Shown here piece after piece: positions 55,804 to 64,000 of a stretch of 64,000 nt of DNA. The stretch's first letter is position 1. Each line of letters opens with the position of its first letter. Source of the DNA: a virus. Lineage: Duplodnaviria > Heunggongvirae > Uroviricota > Caudoviricetes. The notes under the pieces are model-generated. The model was not told the origin of the DNA. It made no database searches and was given only the letters and a program-made list of their open reading frames with translations. The translations under genes were made by a program, and so were the position numbers. Where the stretch lies: positions 1 to 64,000 of the IMG/VR virus record IMGVR_UViG_3300028666_000024, one strand, 5' to 3'.

Positions 55804-56313
55804 TTATAATATTGACAACATAACTGCACCCGGAGAAGAAATATATATACCATGAGATCCGGTAAGCACAGTTGTGTTATCAATCATAGTCTTCACATAT
55901 ATAATAATCTGTGTTGCTAAATTTAACATTGCTATATCCTGTGTCGTTGCAAAACTCTTAACTAAAATAAAAGGTGTTACTAATTTTAATTTTCCCAATG
56001 TAAGAGAGAATGATGAATCAACTGGTTTTATCTCTCCTTTTAATAACTCATTAGTAATCAATGAACCAAACAATATAAAAGACTTTGGATTTATAATATT
56101 AAAATCATTCCATGAAATTTTTGCTGTGAATGATACTATTGGATCTGTAGTTGGTATTGATGATATTCCGACCCAACTATAAGTAATTATCATATTGTTT
56201 TCAAGATAATCTTTCAAAGTTGAAGAAAAAACTTTCAAAGCATTTTTAGGATTATCAATTGATTTTAAATTTTTAACCCAAGCATTTTTTAAATCTTCAG
56301 GAACCATTGCCAT
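55804..56313 (-). CDS. baseplate-associated protein (169 aa)
   Basis: Position. Confidence 0.4.
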   Translation of the reverse strand: MAMVPEDLKNAWVKNLKSIDNPKNALKVFSSTLKDYLENNMIITYSWVGISSIPTTDPIVSFTAKISWNDFNIINPKSFILFGSLITNELLKGEIKPVDSSFSLTLGKLKLVTPFILVKSFATTQDIAMLNLATQIIIYVKTMIDNTTVLTGSHGIYISSPGAVMLSIL

Positions 56314-56922
56314 TTAACTTACCATATCCCCTGTATGTGAAGTTCCTGTAAATAAACAAAAAGGTAAAGCACAAAATCCACCTGATCCTGTTGGTGTTAC
56401 CATATTCATTTTTCCATCTATTTGAACTGTTCCTGCATTACCATCAATTATAACCTTTGCAGTTCCAACATTAAAAGTAATCTTTTTAGAATTAACAACA
56501 ACTGATCCATCACTTCTATCAACTGTGAAATAATCTCCCTTAGATGTTTGAAAGAAAACCATTGTATCTGGATAGTTTGTAAGTCTCTGACTCGGTAAGT
56601 TATTTCTATCTACTACCTTTGTTGTATAGATGGGACAATAAATATCTCCTCTATCAAATCTAACATTAACAATTGCACCTATAGGAGGAACAACAAAGGA
56701 ACCATCAAAGAGAGTATTTTCAGGTAGACTCCAAGGTAAATCTGAATCTGGAATAGAATCAGTGAATAGATTATATACCCTGACCTTACATCTTCCTATC
56801 TTCTCAGGATCATTATTATCAACTACAATACCCTGATAATCATAAGAATAATCATCTTTATAATCTCTTGTCAAAATTTCTTTTTGAAGTTCTGAAATAT
56901 CTCTGTTGAAATCTTTTCTCAT
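56314..56922 (-). CDS. baseplate spike/hub protein, gpV-like (202 aa)
   Basis: VVDNNDPEKIGRCKVRV, OB-fold spike N-terminal signature. Confidence 0.55.
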   Translation of the reverse strand: MRKDFNRDISELQKEILTRDYKDDYSYDYQGIVVDNNDPEKIGRCKVRVYNLFTDSIPDSDLPWSLPENTLFDGSFVVPPIGAIVNVRFDRGDIYCPIYTTKVVDRNNLPSQRLTNYPDTMVFFQTSKGDYFTVDRSDGSVVVNSKKITFNVGTAKVIIDGNAGTVQIDGKMNMVTPTGSGGFCALPFCLFTGTSHTGDMVS

Positions 56923-56923
56923 A

Positions 56924-58117
56924 TTATCCTTTTACTAAATCTGAATCTCCATATCCATTTCTATGTAGTGAAAGTTCTTTTTCAAACAATCCACCTTTCG
57001 AAGCCTTATACATGATTCCACACACCAACCAATCACCAGAATATATTTCCTGAATCTCATTTGTTTTTATCAAACTTGGAATCATTACATTTACTTTATC
57101 AAATAATCTAACATCACTTATTGAATTAATCCTAAGAACCATTCTCTGACTCATATTAACTGCTTGTAAATATTTATTATTAATCATACTTTGATAATAA
57201 TCTGGATATAATTCAAGTGGTAAATATCCACCGTTATATGAATCAACAACTGATGCCGTCTGATTGATATTCTTCGCAAGAGGATTTTTAGAAGTATTAA
57301 AAAGACTCCTTTGAAAACCTTTTGAAAGATTGTAATGAATTTCCTGCATACCATAACCTATCTTTTTGTTATAATATCCCTGAATATTCTCCACTTTATA
57401 ACCAACATACCAAAGAATATTTGCATCTGCTTGATTTTGAAAGACATCCGCTGTTCCATTTTTAACACTATATTGTGCTGTCTTTGAATCTGATTGATTT
57501 GCTTTGTTTAAAAAACTGGTTATGTTGAAATTTCCATACACATCTGCATAGGAAAACAAAATATCATCTTTAATGTTCGAACGATCTAAAACATGTTGAA
57601 TCATATCAAAATTTGTAGAATTGATTTGAAGCCATTTCATAGCGTCCTGAGTGCTCAAATTTTGGGTTTGTTGCACTTTCAATCCCAACTCTGTTCCAAT
57701 TTGTGATAAAACCGACCTAGAAGGTTGTTTGGAGAAGGATCTTGTTTTGATAGGGTAGAACGCTGTCGGTGCCTTCAAGATGCCGTTAATCGTAAATATA
57801 ACCCCTCCATTACCTGCAAGAACATCAACCGTATAATTATCCAGTAAAAATTTGGAGATTATATGTTTATCGTCCCTATTTTTTCCAATCTCTATAAAAA
57901 TTTCTGTCTCATCTTTAAGATTAAACACCTCAAAAAGGGTTCCATCATCTGTAATTGTCAGTTCAATTCTAGGAAAAATGTCAAAAATCCACTCACGAAT
58001 CACTATCAAACTGACCGCAGAAGGTGAAATATCAGCGTTTCCGATTCTTAATTTGAGGAAATAGTTCTCATTTCCGGTAAGATCTATCGGTGTTTGGCCT
58101 GTTGGTGTTTGTGACAT
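56924..58117 (-). CDS. baseplate hub, late control protein D-like (397 aa)
   Basis: Size and position between gpX-like and gpV-like. Confidence 0.45.
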   Translation of the reverse strand: MSQTPTGQTPIDLTGNENYFLKLRIGNADISPSAVSLIVIREWIFDIFPRIELTITDDGTLFEVFNLKDETEIFIEIGKNRDDKHIISKFLLDNYTVDVLAGNGGVIFTINGILKAPTAFYPIKTRSFSKQPSRSVLSQIGTELGLKVQQTQNLSTQDAMKWLQINSTNFDMIQHVLDRSNIKDDILFSYADVYGNFNITSFLNKANQSDSKTAQYSVKNGTADVFQNQADANILWYVGYKVENIQGYYNKKIGYGMQEIHYNLSKGFQRSLFNTSKNPLAKNINQTASVVDSYNGGYLPLELYPDYYQSMINNKYLQAVNMSQRMVLRINSISDVRLFDKVNVMIPSLIKTNEIQEIYSGDWLVCGIMYKASKGGLFEKELSLHRNGYGDSDLVKG

Positions 58118-58185
58118 ATCAAATTTATCCTGTTTATTAAACTATTATGAACTATTTATAAAATTTGAAATGATTGGCATAGGTC

Positions 58186-58213
58186 TTGCAATAGTTTTAA
58201 ATGCTTCTAAAAT
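58186..58213 (+). promoter_or_regulatory. putative promoter TTGCAA-N16-TAAAAT for the moron
   Basis: Read directly. Confidence 0.35.
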
Positions 58214-58240
58214 ATTATCAATCTTTCACAGGAGGTCTTT

Positions 58241-58477
58241 ATGGCCCGTACAAAGTTTGACACCACCAAAATCAGTATCGGTGAATTGCAGGAAGCACTT
58301 GATTTTCTCCGTTGGCAACATGAACGTGGTCGTGAGACTCCGTTCGTTCCTCAGCAGTTCGGTATCAAGAGGAGTTATGTTCATTCCGGCAAATACTCCA
58401 AACAACATATCGCCGCGAAAGAAACTGCAAAACGCAAACCCAAAATTGTTCATATCCCGGTTGCAGCGAAAGTATAA
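58241..58477 (+). CDS. GC-rich moron protein (78 aa) on the opposite strand inside the tail module
   Basis: AGGAGG RBS; own promoter and downstream terminator; GC well above the surroundings. Confidence 0.55.
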   Translation: MARTKFDTTKISIGELQEALDFLRWQHERGRETPFVPQQFGIKRSYVHSGKYSKQHIAAKETAKRKPKIVHIPVAAKV

Positions 58478-58494
58478 CTTTAACCACTTTCAAA

Positions 58495-58538
58495 AGACTT
58501 GATAAGGAAATTTAAAACCTTATCAAGTCTTTTTTAAT
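58495..58538 (+). terminator. Intrinsic terminator (agacttgataagg / ccttatcaagtct followed by TTTTT)
   Basis: 13-bp stem plus T-run; same cttgataag core as the 44571 terminator. Confidence 0.65.
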
Positions 58539-58547
58539 AAAACTTCG

Positions 58548-58886
58548 TTAATTTTGTAATCCTCTACTCGATATATAAAAATCTTCAATATCCTGTCTAT
58601 CCGGAACTGCAATTATCTGACCTATCTCCATATCATTCCATACATCATCTATATTGTTATATTTAAATATAATCCACCAGAGACTTGTATCACCGTAAAG
58701 TTTATAACTCAATAAATCTGGTCTTCCTAAATCCTGTTCTCGAATCTGATAATATGATAATGGTCTTTTGATTTGAAAAGAAAGATTGTAAAAATTATTC
58801 AAAATGTCTAGTTCTAAAGAATTATCAATCAGATTTGAAAAGTAAAAGTTTGTTCGGTCGAAACGTGCCATTATCTTTGTACCCAC
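58548..58886 (-). CDS. LysM-like tail protein (gpX-like, 112 aa)
   Basis: GDTSLWWIIFKYNNIDDVWNDMEIGQIIAVP LysM pattern; position between TMP and gpD. Confidence 0.5.
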   Translation of the reverse strand: MGTKIMARFDRTNFYFSNLIDNSLELDILNNFYNLSFQIKRPLSYYQIREQDLGRPDLLSYKLYGDTSLWWIIFKYNNIDDVWNDMEIGQIIAVPDRQDIEDFYISSRGLQN

Positions 58887-59992
58887 TTTCCATCTACTAA
58901 TTTTACTTTTACAGGACCATTAGTATTACCCATTGCACCATAACCAGAACCAAAACTAATAGCAGACGACATAGGATTTGATTTTGTAGCTGGAGAAGCA
59001 GGGGTTGATGGTGCTTTTGGTGCAACTTCTAAACTATCATTCTTAACCGGAGAAGGTGGGGGAAGTTTATTAAAAGTTCCTGAGTATGTTCCGTCACCTA
59101 CTCCTTGAAATCCATTTGTAGAACTGAAAGAAACTCTATTCCCTACATTCATACCACCGTTTATTCTTGCCTGTGAAAGTTCTCCATTTTTATCTAACAT
59201 CAAAGCCTCTCTTGATTTTAAAGATAATTGGAAGTCTGCATAAAGTGGTCCCGCTGCTGTCATTTCATATGAAAAATTTGTAGTTACATTAATTAACACC
59301 ATATCAGTAAGAGTCAACCAATTTCCAATTTCAACATCAATAGTATCTGGAGAGTTTGACCAATTAATTGTTGTTCCATTTATTCCGTTTGCTGCCCCTG
59401 TTGTGAGATTATTAAGTCCATATCCTGCTGTTGCTGCGTTTTTCTCACCTATCAGTGGAGTAAGAAGATCTCTTGCTGTTCCTCCAACTCTACTTCCTGC
59501 ATTGTCTATTTGTTCTTTTGTCATATTAATAGTAAACAATGAATCTGCTTGTTTAGGAATACAAAGGGAAGCGAAAATCATTGCCGCTTGAAGTGGTAGT
59601 CCATTATTATTGAAATCAAATACTCTCATCTTCGGCATAATTTCTAAGTAACCAGAATTTTTATAAAACAGTCTTGTAAAGAGTCCTGTATTTTCAAAAC
59701 TTCTTCCACCAAGTTCATTTCCAACATTTATTACTCCGTTTATTCCTTCAAGAATAGGATTACTTCCCACAACAGAAGTTATGAGATTATCTAATCCTAT
59801 AACATCCCAAGTCGCTGTAACATTAAAACTAATATTATCATTCAAGATACCGTAAATATCAGAAGTGTTATGAAGTTCTTTTTTACCAGTAGGATTACAT
59901 TTTATATGAATACCATATTGACCTCCTTTATCTGGATCAATAGTATTAGCAAACGTTACCGCTGAGAAAAGTGTTCTTGGAATTGGTGCCAT
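58871..59992 (-). CDS. tail/baseplate protein (gpU- or DNA-circularisation-like position, 373 aa)
   Basis: Position. Confidence 0.4.
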   Translation of the reverse strand: MAPIPRTLFSAVTFANTIDPDKGGQYGIHIKCNPTGKKELHNTSDIYGILNDNISFNVTATWDVIGLDNLITSVVGSNPILEGINGVINVGNELGGRSFENTGLFTRLFYKNSGYLEIMPKMRVFDFNNNGLPLQAAMIFASLCIPKQADSLFTINMTKEQIDNAGSRVGGTARDLLTPLIGEKNAATAGYGLNNLTTGAANGINGTTINWSNSPDTIDVEIGNWLTLTDMVLINVTTNFSYEMTAAGPLYADFQLSLKSREALMLDKNGELSQARINGGMNVGNRVSFSSTNGFQGVGDGTYSGTFNKLPPPSPVKNDSLEVAPKAPSTPASPATKSNPMSSAISFGSGYGAMGNTNGPVKVKLVDGKWVQR

Positions 59993-59994
59993 GA

Positions 59995-62418
59995 TTAACC
60001 TGCGTTCGAAATTGAAACTGTTGAAGAATTTTTCATCTTTATACCTAATATAGCTTTCTGAATTAAATCACCATTTTCTTTTGTAACTCTTATTAAATCT
60101 TTTATAGAATCTCCATCTATTGCTCCGGGTTTCAATTTTGAAATAGTATTCATATAATCTTCTTTATTGATAGCATCCTTGTTAATAATATCTATAGCAG
60201 CATCACCTATACCTGAACCAATACTCGGAGTTGTCATAGGAGATGGAGATGAAGTCGGAGTTGTCATAGGAGATGGAGATGAAGCATGAGAAATATTAGA
60301 ACGACTACCCTTCTGTTCAATATGCCAACTTTCTGCTGTTGAAGGAGTAGAAAAAGATCCACCAAGTTTCAACGGCCTCCACATTCCCCATTTATCAAGC
60401 AAACCACTATTCTCAAGGTAATCACCATCTTGAACATCAATTGCCTTTCCAAAATTATGCATACTATGTCCGGGCTTTGCAACCATTCCAAGTTTACCTT
60501 CACGGATAGATTTTTCATAAAGAGCCTGTTGTTTTCCTATATCTCTATATCCACTATTGATTTGTAGTGGTTTGCCCGTAGCATCAAAATAATCTTTTGC
60601 CAATCCTTGTAAATTATTCATAAGACTTGGTTGTAAATCTTTCACATCAACATCAGGACTTGCTAACCGGAATGCATTTTTCAAAAATGTTCCAACACTT
60701 CCAGAAGCAGATTTCAAAACATTTACACCACTTGAAAAGGACTTCTTTACAAAATTTTTAACTTTTGACACTGGTGATTTATTACCCATATCAATTGGAA
60801 CATCACCAACTCCCTTACCAATACCAACTGGAGATGGAGAACCAGAAGACGTTGCTGAATGGTTGCTACCGGAAGAACTACCTACTGAAGTGTTTCCTCC
60901 AATAGATTTCATAATATCCTTAACAATAGTAATCATTGCAAATATAGGATTATCTTGTAGACCAAATTTTCCTAAATCCAACAACCCACCTAAGATATCT
61001 CCACTTGAAAACTTTTTAAAAGCATCTTTAATGGAATTTATAGGTTTCATAATAGAATCTTTCAAACCATTTCCAAAACCTTTTAAAGTCTTCTTTCCAA
61101 ATGAAGCAGCACCATTTGATAGATTATTAACTGCTGGAATCTTATTCAATAAATTGAAAATATCAACTGTATTAACCATCAACGGACCAAGGAAGGGAAC
61201 GCAACTTGCGACACCATAAGCAAGACTTCCAAATGCTTTTAATGGTTTACCTGCTTTAAACTCTGAAATTGCTGTGAAGATAGATGCAAGTGGTTGAAAG
61301 ATAGGACCAATGAAAGGAATTTTAGCAAGACCTTCTATCCCATGCACAAGACCTTTACCAACATTCATAATACCTTTACCAACACCTTTAACAGCACCTT
61401 TGATAGCAGCATCTGGTTTGATAATCTTTGCATCTCGTAACATCAAGAAAGCATCCATAGCCAACGAGAGGGGAATACCTACACCCGGAATCATCGAAAG
61501 AGTTCCAGAAGCAAGTTCACCAAATGCTCCTATCCAATCACCCTTCTTTGCTCTATCATATGCAAAATATAATCCTAATGCTGGACCTAAGATAAGTGAT
61601 AAGAAAGGAACCTTCTGAAGTGCTTTTAAACCACCTTTACCAACTAACTTTGAAATTCCTTTTATACCTGATTTTTCACCTACTTTTAATGCCTCTTCTC
61701 CACCTTTACCAACTAACTTTGAAATTCCTTTTATACCTGATTTTTCACCTACTTTTAATGCCTCTTCTCCACCTTTGACAAGTCCTTTATTACCAACTTT
61801 TTCTAATTTACCACCTATATCATAAAACTTTGAACCAAACTTTTCAAAAGTCTTTCCAAACTTTCCAAACTTTGAACCAGCATCCAAAAGTTTAGAACCA
61901 ATCTTTTCAAATTGTTTAGAAAATCCCTTGGCAATATTTGGAAATATCTTTTCAAATTCCTTTGCAAACTTTGGAACACTCTTAGCGGCTCCCATGATAA
62001 ACTTATCAAATAACTTTGCAACTGGAAGAAGGAACATTTTATCGAATGCCTTTACCATACTGTTGAGAAATTCACCCTTACCTGTCAGAAGGAAACCTAA
62101 TAACCCTCCCAAAAGTAATAGTTTTCCAAGACCCATTGTTGTACCTTTGAGCATATTTTTCAACATGTCTTTGGAAGTCTTGACTAAATCTTTTAATTGA
62201 ATGAGAGATTCTTTTTGATACTTCTTTGTAAAGTCTTCAGAACGAGTATAGTCTTTGGTTCCGTTGAGCATTCCAGTAGGAGATTTGGCAACAGTTTTCA
62301 TTGTATCTTTCGGAAGACTCTTTACCAATCCTGAAAAATTAGAATTTAGTTGAGAAAGTTCCTTCGAAAGTTTCTGAATATCATTAGAAAGAGATTTTAA
62401 ATCTTGTTCACCAGCCAT
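59995..62418 (-). CDS. tape measure protein with C-terminal peptidase M15 (LAS) domain
   Basis: Long K/G-rich helical repeat protein; C-terminal SGYRD...HSMHNFGKAIDV...WHIEQ; 25-aa tandem duplication. Confidence 0.65.
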   Translation of the reverse strand: MAGEQDLKSLSNDIQKLSKELSQLNSNFSGLVKSLPKDTMKTVAKSPTGMLNGTKDYTRSEDFTKKYQKESLIQLKDLVKTSKDMLKNMLKGTTMGLGKLLLLGGLLGFLLTGKGEFLNSMVKAFDKMFLLPVAKLFDKFIMGAAKSVPKFAKEFEKIFPNIAKGFSKQFEKIGSKLLDAGSKFGKFGKTFEKFGSKFYDIGGKLEKVGNKGLVKGGEEALKVGEKSGIKGISKLVGKGGEEALKVGEKSGIKGISKLVGKGGLKALQKVPFLSLILGPALGLYFAYDRAKKGDWIGAFGELASGTLSMIPGVGIPLSLAMDAFLMLRDAKIIKPDAAIKGAVKGVGKGIMNVGKGLVHGIEGLAKIPFIGPIFQPLASIFTAISEFKAGKPLKAFGSLAYGVASCVPFLGPLMVNTVDIFNLLNKIPAVNNLSNGAASFGKKTLKGFGNGLKDSIMKPINSIKDAFKKFSSGDILGGLLDLGKFGLQDNPIFAMITIVKDIMKSIGGNTSVGSSSGSNHSATSSGSPSPVGIGKGVGDVPIDMGNKSPVSKVKNFVKKSFSSGVNVLKSASGSVGTFLKNAFRLASPDVDVKDLQPSLMNNLQGLAKDYFDATGKPLQINSGYRDIGKQQALYEKSIREGKLGMVAKPGHSMHNFGKAIDVQDGDYLENSGLLDKWGMWRPLKLGGSFSTPSTAESWHIEQKGSRSNISHASSPSPMTTPTSSPSPMTTPSIGSGIGDAAIDIINKDAINKEDYMNTISKLKPGAIDGDSIKDLIRVTKENGDLIQKAILGIKMKNSSTVSISNAG
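61620..61770. repeat. 75-bp tandem duplication inside the TMP (encodes GGEEALKVGEKSGIKGISKLVGKGG x2)
   Basis: Read directly. Confidence 0.85.
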
Positions 62419-62640
62419 TGTTTATTACCTTATGAAAATCTTTACAAGTATTTATAATCCTACTTTCCAACTCCGAAAAGACTTTCAAGATTCATACCAC
62501 CTTGTCCATCCTGTTTTGCTTTTTGCTCTGCTGCTTTCTGCTCCCCTAAACGTTTAAAGAGAAGTTGAAATTCAAAAAAGTCACAATTTTCAAAACTTGT
62601 AGGGTTACAATGAAAATTATAACCCATTTGAAACTGCATC

Positions 62641-63465
62641 TCAATTAGATCTTGCAAATTCAACTGTGGGAATAAAGAAGTCTGGTGATCCAAGAAACGT
62701 GATTGCCATAGGCTGTTCACCTCCACATTCAGAACACTGAGCAATAACCACAGGACGAATGCCGAAAGAATAATGTTCAATATATGAAACAAAGAAAGCA
62801 TAGTCATATGGAATCATGTTTGCAATATAAGAATACTTTTCCAAAATATTCATCTCTTTGTCGTTTATTGTTTGAATAAGAACTGCTTGTGAAATAACAT
62901 CAGAATCAGCATCTTTCATAACCTTTGTTGAATTTTTAAAATTTTCTGCTGTTCTTTCATCTCTTACCCTTGGATATTCAAACCTGATAACATCACCACT
63001 ATTAGGAAGTTTAACCGTAAGTTTATCTGTAGTAAAACTCTCATCAAGATATTTAATATCAAGTTTGTCAATAAAAAGGTCATACGAAAATTCCTTATCA
63101 CACAAACTACATTTTCCTTTAAGTGTGTATCCTGAATTGGGGTAGGTGTTCGCTCGCTCCCAAAAAATAAGGAAAAGTTTGTCTGCGCTCATTACACTAT
63201 CAATATCAATCCCCTTTATAACTCTTTTCAAAACTGAATTTATAATATTGTCAGCATTTTCAGAATTGATATTACAAAGTTGTTTCAATTCTAAAATCTT
63301 CATAGGACGACCAAAAATCTTAGTTTCTTCAGGATAAAATTGTCCTCTACTCGGCAAACCATTAATCTCATAAAAATTAGGATCTGTCGTCTGCACTACT
63401 ACAGGTTGCTCTACAGAAGTTGGTTGATTGGATGAAACAGTTGTATCATCTACAAACTTAGGCAT
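62641..63465 (-). CDS. tail assembly chaperone (gpG/gpE-like position, 274 aa)
   Basis: Immediately upstream of the TMP; an overlapping ORF (62460..62807) in the +1 frame suggests a G/GT-type frameshift product. Confidence 0.45.
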   Translation of the reverse strand: MPKFVDDTTVSSNQPTSVEQPVVVQTTDPNFYEINGLPSRGQFYPEETKIFGRPMKILELKQLCNINSENADNIINSVLKRVIKGIDIDSVMSADKLFLIFWERANTYPNSGYTLKGKCSLCDKEFSYDLFIDKLDIKYLDESFTTDKLTVKLPNSGDVIRFEYPRVRDERTAENFKNSTKVMKDADSDVISQAVLIQTINDKEMNILEKYSYIANMIPYDYAFFVSYIEHYSFGIRPVVIAQCSECGGEQPMAITFLGSPDFFIPTVEFARSN

Positions 63466-63610
63466 TGAATTCTCCTTTGAAAATATTTTTATTAAAATCT
63501 TTATCTGAATTATATTCTATTGGTGTTGTACTAATATTTGATTCTTTAAATTGATTATTCATACATGTTTTACAAACATCTGTTCCGACCATTTGACAAC
63601 AGCAAACCAT
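63460..63610 (-). CDS. small Cys-rich protein (50 aa; MVCCCQ...C..C)
   Basis: GGAGG RBS; its stop overlaps the chaperone start (ATGCCTAA). Confidence 0.4.
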
Positions 63611-63712
63611 AATTATCCTCCTATTCAATACTCTTTCAAAATATTTAAAATTTTGTTTTAAATTATCGGCAACTTTTTAAATCATTGCCGATAATTTGCT
63701 GAGGTTTAAAAT

Positions 63713-63973
63713 TTACTGATTTTCAATTTCTTTTAAAAGCAATTCAGAAGCTTTTAAAATTATTGGTTTTAAAGCATTTGAAATTTTTCCATCATTATCT
63801 AACTTGTTGATAGATGTAGATGCACACTCAATTGCTCTTCTCAAATTTTCCTGCTTCAGAACTGTTTCATTCATATGACTTTGAACTGTTTTTTCCTCAA
63901 GTTCAAGTTTCATCTTATCAAGTTCAAAAGCACAACAAGCATCTTCAAAATCTTTCTGCACATTCTCTTCCAT
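63713..63973 (-). CDS. hypothetical protein (86 aa)
   Basis: ORF near the window edge. Confidence 0.45.
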   Translation of the reverse strand: MEENVQKDFEDACCAFELDKMKLELEEKTVQSHMNETVLKQENLRRAIECASTSINKLDNDGKISNALKPIILKASELLLKEIENQ

Positions 63974-64000
63974 ACGATTCTCCGTTTCCCCACGAATTTA

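Overview
This window reads as a large AT-rich (~33% GC) segment of a tailed dsDNA phage with contractile-tail (myovirus-like) genes. Most genes sit on the minus strand and have AAGGAG-type RBSs. Promoters look sigma70-like (TTGACT/TTGCAT-N17-TATATT).

Layout: (a) 1-47 kb is a long early/auxiliary region packed with small hypothetical genes, an RNA-repair toolkit and several GC-rich morons; (b) 47-64 kb is a P2/Mu-style baseplate and tail module.

Main contents of the early region:
- RNA repair: a T4 Rnl1-like RNA ligase, a DraRnl/Rnl5-like ligase with an N-terminal tRNA-binding OB fold, RtcB, a ligase-like nucleotidyltransferase, two HAD phosphatases, a 5-tRNA array (Asp, Asn, Pro, Met, Gly), tRNA-Leu and two tRNA-like elements.
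- NAD+ salvage: NAMPT plus an NMNAT-Nudix fusion.
- Other functions: thioredoxin, an RlmN/Cfr-like radical-SAM enzyme, an N6-adenine methyltransferase inserted between 433-bp direct repeats of an SPFH operon, and a GC-rich AAA ATPase.

Tail module, in order down the minus strand: chaperone with a possible frameshift, tape measure with a C-terminal M15 peptidase, LysM gpX-like, gpD-like, gpV-like spike, gp25/W-like, gpJ-like, tail fiber, and a Lom/OmpX-like OMP gene on the opposite strand.

Most striking observations:
- A six-copy paralogous family: a conserved ~125-aa N-terminal domain starting MCNSASF, followed by 7-11 hypervariable 18-aa beta-solenoid-like repeats. Junctions show signs of recombination.
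- A (K/R)3-FFF-x-D C-terminal tail shared by four unrelated small proteins.
- A ~320-bp cytosine-depleted G/T-rich 31-bp tandem array next to tRNA-Leu.
- tRNA-like elements lying 3' of the NAMPT gene and of the radical-SAM/peptide pair.

Coordinates of short features are approximate (+/- a few bp).
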